64,000 nt of DNA from Candidatus Babeliales bacterium (GCA_963722255.1 CAVRJO010000002.1:192001-256000), one strand, 5' to 3'; counted from the stretch's first letter, positions 30,524-42,727 are shown. The notes: a model not told the origin generated them from the letters alone. Translations and numbers: made by a program.

Positions 30524-32161
30524 ATGAACACAACAAAAATATATATTTTCTTTGTACTCATATCATGTGCAATAATGCAACAAGCTCATTCTATGAAAAA
30601 ACAAGAAAAAGCTCATGAACTTATTAGCGATGATTCAATTACCGTGAATTTTGAAAGAGATGGCCATATCGTTTATTCTTCCCAATGTAATCCTGATCAA
30701 TTACCATATATAGGTAATACCTTATATAACCAATACACTTTTGATCCAACAACTGCACTAATAATTCCTGAATCTCAAGTTTTAGAAGAAGATTTCAAAA
30801 CTCTTAAAGAAGCTGCAAAGCTTTTAGTAAATAGCAGGCAGCAAGACAAAGAAAAACAAAAAAAAGAACAAAACGGTATAGTAAGAAAAATTATGAGTTC
30901 AGAAAGATTTCCCTTGAGTTTTATAAATCTTTTTAAAGCCGTTGATTTCCTTGACTGCTCTTTTCTTTTTAATCCTTGTCTTGCAAAAATAACCCAAATC
31001 ACAAAAGAATTTATTGAAAAAGGCAAGATTAAAGAAGCCCTTCTACTCTTCGATCAATTAAACAATTACACTCTTTCAGTACTAATTGGAAATCACTTAT
31101 TACAAAATTCAAAACCAATAGGGCATTTGCTTACTGCGTGTCAAGAATCTATACTTCATCAAAGAGAGAACTCTAACACTACTGTGAAATCACCATTCAT
31201 AGAAATACTTAAATCTAATTCCAATGTTGGTTTAATCGAAATTTGTGTCTGTCATGAATCAAATACATTGTTTTTGTTATTTAAAGATAGAATTCTTGTT
31301 TATGATATTCAAAATAGAAAGAGCTTGGGCTGTTTATATATGCCTGTAGAAATAAAATCAGTGAGATATTCACCCTCAAAAGGAGTTTTATTTTTAATAG
31401 AGGACAACATAATAAGTGCATACCAAATAAAAAATAACACATTTAACCTTTTAATACATCTGGAGAGTTACAGCGTTAACACAAAAATTGATACCCTTAC
31501 TTTTGATGAAAATAATCTCATATTTTACCTGACTCTTAATGATTCTGATAAAATTTATCAGTACGAATATTTGAACAACATCTACCGTAAATATTTTCAG
31601 TGTTCTAATATTAAAAGCTTATGCTTATCTAAGGATAAAAAAACGCTTTATTCCGTTTCAAAGAAAAATAATTCCAAACAAAGCCAAACAGGAGAAATAT
31701 GTTTCTGGAATATAAAAAAAAGATACCTTTATAATGTTATTCAAATAAAGAATTATTGGAATGAACAAGATTCTTGCCCATTGTATCAATTAGAAGTTTC
31801 GCCCGATGGCTCGCTTCTTGCGTTAGCTACAAAAAGGAATGTATCATTATTTGATGCTCAAACAGGAGATTATGTAAAAAAATTTAATAGCAGCTTCGCT
31901 CCGATTGCTTTTTATCCTAATAGTAAAACCTTGATCGCATCACATAAAAAAGGTTTTATAGAACAAACATTAATGAACAAAAAACTTGAAAAAGAATTAC
32001 GTAATTTTCCAGCACAACACATTGCATTACTTTACGCTTGCATTCAAGAACGAAAAAAAAGAAATGGCAATATTTTTGAGCATTGTATCAATCTAACTGA
32101 GCAAACAGGAGAATTGTTTGATCAATTACCTAAATCAATAAAGGCTTTTTTAATATCATAA
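30524..32161 (+). CDS. Secreted putative effector: Skp1/BTB-like N-terminal region + beta-propeller (WD40-like)
   Basis: AGGAG SD; signal peptide ending AHS-MK; INLFKAVDFLDC..L...C helix; propeller blades SLCLSKDKKTLYS, ICFWNI, VSPDGSLLA, LFDAQTG, AFYPNSKTLIA. Confidence 0.7.
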   Translation: MNTTKIYIFFVLISCAIMQQAHSMKKQEKAHELISDDSITVNFERDGHIVYSSQCNPDQLPYIGNTLYNQYTFDPTTALIIPESQVLEEDFKTLKEAAKLLVNSRQQDKEKQKKEQNGIVRKIMSSERFPLSFINLFKAVDFLDCSFLFNPCLAKITQITKEFIEKGKIKEALLLFDQLNNYTLSVLIGNHLLQNSKPIGHLLTACQESILHQRENSNTTVKSPFIEILKSNSNVGLIEICVCHESNTLFLLFKDRILVYDIQNRKSLGCLYMPVEIKSVRYSPSKGVLFLIEDNIISAYQIKNNTFNLLIHLESYSVNTKIDTLTFDENNLIFYLTLNDSDKIYQYEYLNNIYRKYFQCSNIKSLCLSKDKKTLYSVSKKNNSKQSQTGEICFWNIKKRYLYNVIQIKNYWNEQDSCPLYQLEVSPDGSLLALATKRNVSLFDAQTGDYVKKFNSSFAPIAFYPNSKTLIASHKKGFIEQTLMNKKLEKELRNFPAQHIALLYACIQERKKRNGNIFEHCINLTEQTGELFDQLPKSIKAFLIS

Positions 32162-32270
32162 AAAATAAAAATTCTGCATAAGAGATTCAATCAAAAAAAA
32201 AGACACCTTAAAAAGTGTCTTTTAGATTTCATAGAATTAAAGCACTATTAAACAATAATAGGCACTTTTG

Positions 32271-32669
32271 TTATTTTGATCGCGAAATTCCCATTAATCT
32301 ATAATCATAGTTCATTAATTCTGAAGTTTCTTTAATTACTTGAAGCCTGTTAGCTTTTTGTCTTCTAAATTCAGCAATTTTAGGACCAACCTTCATTGCA
32401 GTTTCATCATCAAGTTCAAAGAAAAACCTATTAATATTTTTATTAATAGCACCAGTTTTATATTCTTTATACAATAACTGACAAATCCATGTTGATTTGA
32501 TTCTTGAACTCGTAAAAGAAAAAGGGTATTTGATCAAATTTAAGACTTTTGTGCCAAAACTTGGGGTAGAACCCAAACTTCCAGAATCAAGTCTATGCGA
32601 ACTTCCAGCAAAAATGCTAAAATTTCCACACAATAAGATAATAACTATGCAAATTTTTTTTAATTTCAT
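32271..32669 (-). CDS. Small secreted hypothetical protein (paralog of 34643-35065)
   Basis: Signal peptide; EYKTGAINKNINRFFFEL...KVG.KIAEFR motif. Confidence 0.65.
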   Translation of the reverse strand: MKLKKICIVIILLCGNFSIFAGSSHRLDSGSLGSTPSFGTKVLNLIKYPFSFTSSRIKSTWICQLLYKEYKTGAINKNINRFFFELDDETAMKVGPKIAEFRRQKANRLQVIKETSELMNYDYRLMGISRSK

Positions 32670-32761
32670 AAGAGCCCCATTTTCATTAGAAAAGAAATAT
32701 CTTCACAATATAGAATATATTATTTTTAAAAAAAGTCAATTTGGAAATTTACTGCAAAAAT

Positions 32762-32842
32762 AGATAAAAAAAGACACAATTTCAGGTGCCTTTTTTACGT
32801 TTTTATATTTCTATAAAACTTAAACCCATTCAAGGCGCGCAA
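32762..32842. repeat. Duplicate of the rplQ 3' end plus terminator (copy of 35579-35658)
   Basis: Near-identical: agataaaaaa(a)gacac..tttcaggtgccttttttac.tttttatatttctataaaacttaaacccattcaaggcgcgcaa. Confidence 0.9.
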
Positions 32843-33029
32843 AGGATTTGGTTCACAAGATGAAGATGGATTGATTCATATCATGGATGCTTTATATAAA
32901 ATTCAAAATAGCTTTTGCAAAATAATTATTGTATCACATCTACCATCTATGAAAGATCAGTTTCCGGTACATTTTTTTGTTGAAAAAGGTATACAAGGGA
33001 GCAGTTTACGGGTTATTGAACAGGGATAA
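32842..33029 (+). repeat. Duplicate of the last 188 bp of sbcC (copy of 30221-30408)
   Basis: Direct comparison shows 4 substitutions, no indels, ending at the same TAA. Confidence 0.93.
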
Positions 33030-33077
33030 AAAAAATCAAAATTTCAATAATATATAATACCCTATAGTGAAAAATTA

Positions 33078-33602
33078 TTATTTTTGCACTAAACGCATAC
33101 CAACTATGGTCGTAGTTAAAACAATTGAAGAAAATATACAGGCAAAATTCGGTATACACGCATGGCGATCAGTCGTTCTACCGAAAATCATAGTTTGTTC
33201 CTCTGTAATTATTTCGGGGTGTGTTTCAATGTATGCATTACCTTCACAAAACAATCTACCCATTTGACTAAATATTAAACCAAGTTCACCAAATAATATC
33301 GCACTTTTAATAATCGATAAACGCAACATCGATTCTTTAGGACCAATCAAAGCTGCGCATGCGACAGGCATTGAGCTGCAAATTCCCCAACAAATACCAC
33401 TGCCGATTGCTGCCATCGGTTTTACTTTCATAAATTCACCCTTTGAAATTAATGTTCCATATTTAAATGTTGCCCCTAATACAGCACCTGTTCCAATAAT
33501 TGATAAAGCGGGAGTAATTTTCCCTTCCAAAATTTCCATGCTCTTAGAATTATTAAAATTGCTTAAAACAAGAAATAACAGGATCAATTTTATCATATTC
33601 AT
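33078..33602 (-). CDS. Secreted/membrane hypothetical protein with Gly-rich hydrophobic helices
   Basis: Signal peptide ending SKS-ME; several G/A-rich TM-like segments. Confidence 0.6.
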   Translation of the reverse strand: MNMIKLILLFLVLSNFNNSKSMEILEGKITPALSIIGTGAVLGATFKYGTLISKGEFMKVKPMAAIGSGICWGICSSMPVACAALIGPKESMLRLSIIKSAILFGELGLIFSQMGRLFCEGNAYIETHPEIITEEQTMIFGRTTDRHACIPNFACIFSSIVLTTTIVGMRLVQK

Positions 33603-33717
33603 AAATACCTCAAATAATAATATCTGTTTAAAAATTCTATCTGTTCCGAGCTTTTATATTATCTTGGCTTAAAGCCTTACAATCAGGCATCGGTAAAGAA
33701 ATGTAGATTAATCAATA

Positions 33718-34627
33718 GACCTCTTCTGAAACTATAAATTTTATGGCATAATCATAATCGATTTATAAAAAAAGGGTAAGCGATTATGAAGTATGAAAAA
33801 TTAAAAATTTCATCAGAAAAAAACTTTAGAAGAGTAACTGGAGTAAAACGAAAAACATTTGAAGTATTGGTTTCTATTTTAAAAGAAGCGCAAAAAATAA
33901 AAAAGGCAAAGGGAGGACGTCCAAATAAGCTCAGTATTGAAGAAATGCTTTTGATGACTCTTGAATATATACGGGAATATCGAACGTATCTTCATATTGC
34001 GACAAGTTATGGCATTGCTGAAAGCAATGCATTTGAAGCAATACGATGGGTTGAAAATACTCTTATTCAAAGCAAAGAATTTAGATTGCCTGGCAGAAAA
34101 GCGCTACTGAAAAGCGATAATGAATTTGAAGTTATTTTAATAGATGCAACTGAAAGTCCTATTGAACGTCCTAAAAAAAACAGCGGAAATTTTATTCCGG
34201 TAAGAAAAAACGTCATACTATAAAAACTCAGGTAGTTGTAAACAAAAAAACAAAAGAAATTGTTTGTACAAATTTTTCAGATGGTAAACGACATGATTTT
34301 AAACTCTTCAAAACTTCAAAAATTCACTTCGCAAAATCTACTGAAGTTCTTACAGATACAGGTTATTTAGGTCTAAAAAAAATTCATAATAATACTTCTA
34401 TGCCAAAGAAAAAAAGTAAAAAAAATCCTTTAACATTAACAGATAAACAACGAAATAGAGAATTATCAAGCCAGCGTGTTTTAAATGAGCATGTAATTGG
34501 TATGATAAAACGTTTTAAAATAGTTGCTGACAAATATCGCAATCGACGAAAAAGATTTGGGCTCCGTTTCAATCTTATTGCGGGTATCTATAATTTTGAG
34601 TTGGTTAAATGAGTTTCAGAAGAGGTC
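33718..34627 (+). mobile_element. IS5-family (ISL2/IS1381-like) insertion sequence
   Basis: 16-bp IR GACCTCTTCTGAAACT at both ends, flanked by TA; two-ORF transposase. Confidence 0.9.
33786..34612 (+). CDS. IS5-family transposase (orfA + orfB joined by -1 frameshift at A8, 34173-34180)
   Basis: FRRVTGV, GRPNKLS, LEYIREYRT, IDATESPIERPKK; the -1 frame gives KQRKFYSGKKKRHTIK...DTGYLG...RVLNEH. Confidence 0.9.
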
Positions 34628-34642
34628 TAATTACAAAATAGC

Positions 34643-35065
34643 TCATTTCCAAATGCAATCATATATTTGATTTAATGCGTCAATGCTACCATCAACACCT
34701 GATCTAAATTCTGCCATTAAGCCACCAATTTTCTTTTTATATTTTTTATTAAGAGAAAAAAAAGTCTTATTTGCTTTTTTATTAATTTTTCCCGTTTTAT
34801 ATTCATCAGTAAGATATCTATGCAAAAAAAATATCCTGACCTTCGGAATAAAAGAATTGGGAAAATTATTAAAAAAACCTAAATACGAAGGGGACAAAAC
34901 TCCGGTTGTATTTTCTGCATCAGACTTATGAAAAGAAAATTGCACTCTTCCCGTATAAACTGAGCTGTCATATCTGTGAAATAACCAAGCTAGAGGATTA
35001 TAAGGCAATACTAGTGGAAAGTTAATGCAAGTAATTATTATTAAAAAAAGAATCTTTAAATTCAT
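34643..35065 (-). CDS. Small secreted hypothetical protein (paralog of 32271-32669)
   Basis: EYKTGKINKKANKTFFSL...KIGGLMAEFR motif. Confidence 0.65.
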   Translation of the reverse strand: MNLKILFLIIITCINFPLVLPYNPLAWLFHRYDSSVYTGRVQFSFHKSDAENTTGVLSPSYLGFFNNFPNSFIPKVRIFFLHRYLTDEYKTGKINKKANKTFFSLNKKYKKKIGGLMAEFRSGVDGSIDALNQIYDCIWK

Positions 35066-35101
35066 CTGTTTTTACTTACCTTTTTATTAGTATTTAAATA
35101 A

Positions 35102-35500
35102 TTAAGAGTTTTTTCTTTGAGCTAAAATATTTCGAATTTCAATTAAAATCTGACCCTTTTCTAAGCCACTATTTTCATATCTTAAAAGCAATTTTTTGAG
35201 TTTCTCTTTTTTAGTTAAGGGCAAACTGTTTTCCATCCAAGTCATAAACCTATCTGCCTTGTTACTAAGCTTTCTTTTGTCAGAAAATATACAATAAATG
35301 TACATGTCGATCATTACGTCATTTACAAAACGATAACCTAAATATAATAATCCAATACCAACTCCTGCGACTGCTGTGTATTTTGCAAGTTTGACACTGT
35401 TTTCACGGGTAAATAATGACAGATCTAAAGAAATAGCCTGTAAATTGCCTGAAAATACCAGAAAAAATAGGGCGCAAACCTTTAACATTCTATAATTCAT
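35102..35500 (-). CDS. Small secreted/membrane hypothetical protein
   Basis: GGAG SD; signal peptide; TM-like AVAGVGIGLLYLGY. Confidence 0.6.
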   Translation of the reverse strand: MNYRMLKVCALFFLVFSGNLQAISLDLSLFTRENSVKLAKYTAVAGVGIGLLYLGYRFVNDVMIDMYIYCIFSDKRKLSNKADRFMTWMENSLPLTKKEKLKKLLLRYENSGLEKGQILIEIRNILAQRKNS

Positions 35501-35635
35501 AAAAACTCCATTTTTAAGAATAAGTTGATTACCTATATATTAACAAATTATTTATATTTGTCAATATATTAGATTTAAAGATAAAAAAGACACCCTTTCA
35601 GGTGCCTTTTTTACATTTTTATATTTCTATAAAAC

Positions 35636-35992
35636 TTAAACCCATTCAAGGCGCGCAATGGTAGCGGTATCGCTCACACGTTGGCCCATAGGAATAAGAC
35701 GAGTATACCCACCCGGTCTATCAACATACCCAGGGGCAATTTCTTTAAATAATTTTAAAATAGCCTCATTTTTATACGGCAATAATGAAAGAACTCTGCG
35801 ATGTGCGCTGAAAGTATGGCCAGTTCTTGCGATGGTAACACATTTTTCAGCCAACTTCTTAACTTCTTTAGCATTTGCTCTGGTTGTAACTAGATGTCCA
35901 TAGGTAATTAAGTGAATCACTTGATTACGCAACATAGACCTTCTATGAGGTGCTTTAAGATTTAATTTTTTTCTGCCTAATTGGTGTCTCAT
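35636..35992 (-). CDS. rplQ: 50S ribosomal protein L17
   Basis: MRHQLGRKKL...HRRSMLRNQ...RPGGYTRL. Confidence 0.96.
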   Translation of the reverse strand: MRHQLGRKKLNLKAPHRRSMLRNQVIHLITYGHLVTTRANAKEVKKLAEKCVTIARTGHTFSAHRRVLSLLPYKNEAILKLFKEIAPGYVDRPGGYTRLIPMGQRVSDTATIARLEWV

Positions 35993-36018
35993 TGTAATAA
36001 CCCTTATTAATAATGATG

Positions 36019-37078
36019 TTATGACTCTATAGAAGGCATTTCTGTCTTCATAAGCTTTTTTAAATCAGATTCTTTAATATTCATACCAAAAGAAACCCAA
36101 ATGCTTTAATGCATCTTTAACTTCATTTAATGATTTGCGACCAAAATTCTTAATTTTTAATGCATCATCATCAGAATAGTTAACTAAATCGATAATACGT
36201 TTAATACCTGCATTAATTAAACAATTATGAGCACGTACTGAAAGTTCCAATTCATCAATAGGTTTCAAGAGAAGCTCAACAGGAATCCCTTTAAACTAAA
36301 TCCTTCATTCTTTTGTTACCTGAACAGGTTTAACTTCTTCAGGCATTACGGAAATATCATTAAATGGAATTTCAGTATCTGCAAAGAAATGTTCAAGTTG
36401 CGTGCGCAAAACTGAAACAGCATAATGTAAAACTTCAACTGGAGTTTCAGAACCATCGGTATCAATGTAATAATTAGTTTATCATAATCAATATCGCTAC
36501 CAACACGTGTTTTTTCAACATCAAAAGTAACTTTACGAACAGGAGAAAACATTGCATCTAAATAAATACGATTATCTTCTTGCAAGTGCTTTATCCTGCA
36601 GGCCATTGAGCTGGTTGATAACCACGACCAGATTCAACAAAAAATTCAATATCAAGTGTACCGCCATGGTGCAACATGGGCAATAATATGATCTTTATTA
36701 ATAACTTCCAAATGATCATCGGCTTTAATATCTGCAACGCGTAGCAATAGCTTCTCCTTTTACGCTCAGATTCATTTTACCAGGTTTACCTTCTTTATTA
36801 CAACAACAATTTCTTTAATATTAAGAACAACTTGCATGGTATCTTCTAACAACACCAGGCAATGATGAAAATTCATTATTTACGCCTTTAATAATAACTG
36901 ATGTAACAGCAGAACCTTCTACACCCCCTAATAAGACTCGTCGTAATGCATTACCCAACGTAATACCAAAACCTGGCTCTAGCGGTTGAGCAACAAGCTC
37001 ACCAAAGGTGCTCGTCAATGTCTCTTTATTCCACGTCAGTTGTGGAATAGTTAAAGGTTTATACTCCTTTTTATCCAT
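36019..37078 (-). CDS. rpoA: RNA polymerase alpha subunit (several indels, probable sequence errors)
   Basis: [56 protein letters not shown]. Confidence 0.93.
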
Positions 37079-37136
37079 ATAATCTCCTGAAAACTTATCC
37101 AATATACCATTGGATCAATACAAGCATTTTCTTTCA

Positions 37137-37703
37137 TTATTTAGAATACAACTCAACAATTAAATGTTCTTCAATTGGAACTTGAATATCAGAACGAACA
37201 GGTAAACGTAATACATTTCCTTTACGTTCTTTTTTATTCAACTCAAGCCATTCTGGAACTTTAACCCCCATATTAAATCTTTTATCAACTACTTGCTCTA
37301 AAAATTCTGTTTTATTGCAACATTAGGAGCAAAAGAAATTACATCATTAATAGATAACTAAATATGAAGGAGAATATACCTTCTTACCATTAACCAAAAC
37401 ATGTCCATGAACAATAATTTGACGTGCTTGAGCACGTGATATGTGCAAATTTTAAACGATAAACTACATTATCAAGACGTCTTTCAAGCAAACTTAATAA
37501 GTTTTCACCGGTAGCTTCCTGACTTTTTGCAGCAATTCTAAAAAAACGTTTAAACTGATTTTCACGCATACCATACATTTCTTTAACTTTTTGTTTTTCT
37601 TCTAGCTGCTTACCATATTCAGATAATTTTCTGCGTTCTGCTTTGAAGCAGCAGTCTTGCTGTTTGTTCTTGAGATCCTTGAGTAGGCTTCTTATTATTC
37701 CAT
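37137..37703 (-). CDS. rpsD: 30S ribosomal protein S4 (indels)
   Basis: [39 protein letters not shown]. Confidence 0.9.
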
Positions 37704-37734
37704 AATGATACCTTAAATCCTAAAAAATATTTAC

Positions 37735-38118
37735 TTATACACGACGTTTTTTAGGCGCACGACAACCATTATGAGGCAAAGGAGTAACATCTCGCAAAAC
37801 CGAAATATTAAAACCTGAAGCTTGAAATGCACGAACAACTGAATCTCTTCCTGATCCGGTCCTTGCAAATTAACTTCAACATTTCTAATACCCAATCGCA
37901 GTCATTTCTTTAGCAAGAGTCGTACCAATTTGCGAAGCAGCAAAAGGAGTACCTTTACGAGCACCTTTAAATCCAAGCTTCCAGCACTACCTGCGCAACA
38001 AAACATCACCATCTTCGGTGGTAATAGAAACAAGCGTATTATTAAATGTAGATTTAACATGCGCAACAGCAGAATCAACTTGTCTTTTATTTTTTTTTGT
38101 TTTTTTTTTATAAGCCAT
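37735..38118 (-). CDS. rpsK: 30S ribosomal protein S11 (indels)
   Basis: [39 protein letters not shown] read across frames. Confidence 0.9.
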
Positions 38119-38150
38119 TGTAATCCTTTAACAGATAATAACATTATTAA

Positions 38151-38539
38151 TTATTTCTTAGTTACTTTACGTTTCAATGCAACTGCACACCAGCTTTACG
38201 TGGACCTTTACGAGTACGCGCATTAGTTTTAGTACGTTGACCACGAACTGGCAAGTCCTTTTTTATGACGCAACCCACGATAAGCACCAATTTCTTGAAT
38301 CGTTTAATATTCGCTAATTTCTTTGCGCAATTCACCTTCAATAATATAGTTGCTGGTAACTTCTTTTTGAATTGCAGCAACTTCTTCATCGGTAAGATCT
38401 TTAACACGTTTATCAAAATTAATTTTAACTTTATTTAAAATATCTTGAGACGCTTTTAACCCTATACCAAAAACATAGGGTAAGCCCATATTCAATTCTT
38501 TTATTCACTAGGTAAATTAACACCTTCTATTCTTGCCAT
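38151..38539 (-). CDS. rpsM: 30S ribosomal protein S13 (indels)
   Basis: [34 protein letters not shown]. Confidence 0.92.
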
Positions 38540-38564
38540 AAAATTCCTTTAACGTTTAATCCAA

Positions 38565-38682
38565 TTAACCTTGACGTTGTTTATGTCGTAGGATTTTTTT
38601 TACAAATAACGCGAACAACCCCTTCACGTTTAACAATTCGACAATCATTACAAATTTTTTTTACTGATGTTCTTACTTTCAT
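38565..38682 (-). CDS. rpmJ: 50S ribosomal protein L36 (indel)
   Basis: [31 protein letters not shown]...KQRQG. Confidence 0.88.
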
Positions 38683-38713
38683 CAATATTCCTTTAATAAA
38701 CTGCTAATTATCA

Positions 38714-38943
38714 TTAATTTTTATATCGTAAAACAATTCTTCCACGTGTCAAATCATAAGGAGAAACTCCAAGAGCAACTTTATCTCCAGGTAAAATTCG
38801 AATATAATGCATACGCATTTTTCCTGAAACATGCCCTAAAACTACATGTCCACCTTCAATTTCAACACGAAACATAGCATTAGGCAAGTTTCTTTAACAA
38901 TGCCATCAACTTTTATAACATCTTCTTTTTGTTTGTATTTCAT
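38714..38943 (-). CDS. infA: Translation initiation factor IF-1 (indels)
   Basis: [43 protein letters not shown]. Confidence 0.9.
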
Positions 38944-38956
38944 GCATCACTCTTAC

Positions 38957-39718
38957 TTATTCATAACTTCTTGTTAAAATATTCGGTCCATCTTCTGTAA
39001 TCATAATAGTATCTTCAACATGGCAGCCAAACTTTTATCAACAGTTTTAACCGTCCAACCATCATCCGTAACATAAACTTCATAATTTCCCATAGTAATC
39101 ATAGGCTCAATGGCAAATGCCATCCAGGCTTACAATACACGGTCCTTGACCTGGCTTACCATAATTTAAAATTTCTGGATCTTCATGCATCTTTTTACCA
39201 ATACCATGACCAGCAAAATCTCGTACTACCCCAAATCCATGACTGTTCAACTTCACTTTGAATTGCAGCAGAAATATCGATCAAATGATTTCCTGCGCGA
39301 GCTTTTTCAATTCCTTTATTCAATGCAGCTTTGAGCAACATCAACCAATTTTTTGACGTCATCTGTAGAACTGTACCAACAAAAAAACACGAGCCATATC
39401 AGCACAATAACCATCGCCATGAAGCACAAACATCAACTTTTACCAAATCACCATCTTTAAAATTTTATTTCACTACGGAACGCCATGAACAACTTCATCA
39501 TTAACCGAAATACAACTGACATGCTTATACCCACGATACCCCTTCATTTCTGAAATCAAGCTTTTTGCTCTTTAAGATGCTTCGATAAATGCATCAATTT
39601 CCAAGAGTAGAAATTCCAGGCTTAATAAATGATGCAAGCATCATCAAAAATACTCTGCCAATAACTGACCAGCTTTTTCCATTTTTGCAATCGAAGCTTT
39701 ATTTTTGATAGTAATCAT
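38957..39718 (-). CDS. map: Methionine aminopeptidase (indels)
   Basis: CISVNDEVVHG, RDFAGHGIG..MHEDP, FAIEPMI, EDTI read across frames. Confidence 0.88.
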
Positions 39719-39724
39719 AAAGCC

Positions 39725-40413
39725 TTAACTACTATTATCAAATTTTGAAAATCATCAAATACTTCATCAAGTGGCTTTTCAACATTTACATTCTTTATCA
39801 ACAAACCAGTCTTTATGATAAAATTCTAATAAATGCTTCTCATGCTATATGATACATTTGCAACCGATCTCTAACCGCAGTCTGCTGCATCATCATTTCT
39901 TCGTATCAAGTGCATCATCACAACTATCACATTTCATTGATTCTGATGGTTCTAATGCTTCACATGACTCAGAATAAACGTCTTGACAATCTTTATTACT
40001 GCAAACAAGACGGCTAACTAAGCTTATTTACAATAATTTCATCAGAAATAAAAAATTTTACAACTTTCAATTTAAAACTATGTAATTTCTACTCAACAAA
40101 ATTCATGCAATGCTTGCGCTTGTGCAATCGTTCGAGGAAAACCATCTAAAATAACAGCATCAAATTGATCAGCATTAGCTAAGCAACCATTCTTGACCAT
40201 AGCAATAATAAGACTATCAGAAACAAGTTTACCAGATTTTATAGCAAAATCTATCTGTTTGCCTATTTCTGTTTGTTCAGCAATATGCTTACGGCATAAA
40301 TTACCAGTTGAAATTGATTCCAACCAAACTTTTTTACACATAGATGGGATAATGTACCCTTTACCTGACCCTGGAGGCCCAATAAAAATATAAATATCTT
40401 TTTGTGAGTTCAA
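39725..40413 (-). CDS. adk: Adenylate kinase (indels)
   Basis: GPPGSGKG, ISTGNL, GKLVSD, ILDGFPRT. Confidence 0.9.
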
Positions 40414-41735
40414 CGTACAGCCCTACTTTTTAATCTTCCTGTTGTTAAAAAGCCTTCATAACGATGCTCAATTAAATATGATTCTATCTGAGCAGATGTT
40501 TCTAAGAGCAACACCAACCACAATCAACAGTGAAGTTCCACCTAAATAAAATGGCATTCTGAACAAATGCATTTAAAATATTAGGTGCTAAGGACAAACA
40601 ATGCTAAATAAATTGCACCAACTAAACCAATACGAGTTAAAATATAATTAAAAAATTCAGCAGTTTTCTTACCTGGACGAATTCCCGGAATAAAGCCACC
40701 ACTTTTTTTAATATTTTCTGCCAAGTTCATCAGGATTAAATACCAAAGCAGTATAAAAGAATGAGAAAAAGATAATCAACACAAATTCAAAACATTAAAT
40801 AAAATTCCCTGTGGTGCAAACCATTCAGCAAATCTGTCTAAAAATTTCAACTTTTTGCAGATAAGCATAGCCTGCAATAATCAAAGGAATATTCAAAACT
40901 GAAGAAGCAAAAATTACAGGCATAACACCAGCAGTATTAATTTTAAAAGGAATATAAGTACTTTGACCACCATAAACACGTTGACCAACAACTCGACGAG
41001 CATATTGAACAGGAATTTTACGTTCACCTTTTTCAAGAAAAACAATACATGCCGTAATCATAATAAAAATAGCTAAAATAAGTAATGCTTGCCAAAGTTC
41101 TAAGCTTCCAGCATCAATTAATGCTTATTGTTTTAATAACATACTCAGGAAATCTAGCAACAATACCTGCAAAAATAATCATTGAACTACCATTACCAAT
41201 ACCAAAAATGAAATCTGCTCACCAAGCCACATAACAAACATAGAACCAACCGTTAATGAGAGAATAAACATAATTCTGAAAGCCCCATCCTGGAGTTAAA
41301 GACTAATCCTTGACTTTCAAGATAGACCGCATAACCAAAACTATACATAATACTCAAACCAGAACGTTAAATACCGTGTATATTGATTGATTATTTTACG
41401 ACCATATTCACCTTCTTTAAGCAAGTTGCTCAAGATAAGGAACTGTCATACTAAACATTTGCATCATAATAGATGCAGTAATATAAGGGCATAATACCTA
41501 AAGCAAAAAGGTACATGAAGCTAATGCACCGCCAGAAAAAATATCAAGATAACCTAAAAAACCACCCAAGACTCGTTGCTCGCTTCATATGTTCACCAAG
41601 CAAAGGAATATTAACCCCTATAACAGGAATAAACGTACCAAGACGATAAACAATCAGAACACCCAAGGTAAAAAATACTTTTCTTCTTAATTCTGGAATA
41701 AAAAATATATTTTTAAAATTTTTTAACAAAACCAC
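40410..41735 (-). CDS. secY: Preprotein translocase subunit SecY (indels)
   Basis: [59 protein letters not shown]. Confidence 0.93.
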
Positions 41736-41739
41736 TACT

Positions 41740-42199
41740 TTAACTCTCCTTAGTTAAATGAACTTCTCCACCACAACTTTCAATCTTTTCTGTTGCACTG
41801 TTTACTAAAAGCATCTGCCATAAACAATAAATTTTTTAGTAAAGTTCACCACTTCCCAAAATTTTAATTATGGCATTACTTTATACCTTTTACAAAGTCC
41901 TTTTTCAACTAAAAGTTCTTTAGTAATATCTGCACCATCTTCAAAAACTCGATCTAAATCATCCAAATTAACAATCGCATATTCTGTTGCAAAAGCTTAT
42001 TATTAAATCCTCGTTTTGGTAATACGACGAGCTAAAGGCATTTGACCTCCTTCAAAACCAAAGTCGAACTTTTAACACCACCTGAACGAGCTTTTTGTCC
42101 TTTATGCCCCTTACCAGAGGTACCACCTCGGCTACCACCACGACCAATTCTTTTTCTTTTTTTACACAGAGGGGTTAAATTATTAAGCTGTTGTACCAT
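41740..42199 (-). CDS. rplO: 50S ribosomal protein L15 (indels)
   Basis: KRIGRGG..GGTSGKGHKGQKARSG; FEGGQMPLARRIPKRGF. Confidence 0.9.
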
Positions 42200-42701
42200 G
42201 AGCATCCCTTTATAATTTGTTCAATTGTTTTACCTCTGAAATGAGCCAATATCCTGAACTGTTCTAATTTTGCAATGCATTCAATGTTGCTTTAACCACG
42301 TTTTGATCTGATTAGATAGATCCAAGAGATTTTGCCAAAATATCTTTAACTCCTAATGCTTCCATAACTGCACGAACTGCACCACCAGCAATAACTCCCG
42401 TACCTTTATATGCAGAACGAATAACAACTCGGCTTGCACCATGATGCCCATGAACATTATAAGGAATAGTTGTACCACGTAACGGATACAGCAATCATGC
42501 TCTTGCGAGCTTTTATTGTTGCTTTAGCAATAGCAGAAGAAACTTCTTTGCTTTTACCAACCCAATACCAATATTACCTTGTTGATCACCAGAAACAACA
42601 AAAGCTGAAAAAGAAAAACTTTTACCACCTTTAGTAACTTTTGTTACACGACTTACACTGACAACAGAATCTATAAATTCTTTTTCTTTGTTTTCAGCCA
42701 T
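42183..42701 (-). CDS. rpsE: 30S ribosomal protein S5 (indels)
   Basis: [42 protein letters not shown]. Confidence 0.92.
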
Positions 42702-42727
42702 TTATATCCTATCTAAATATCGTACAA

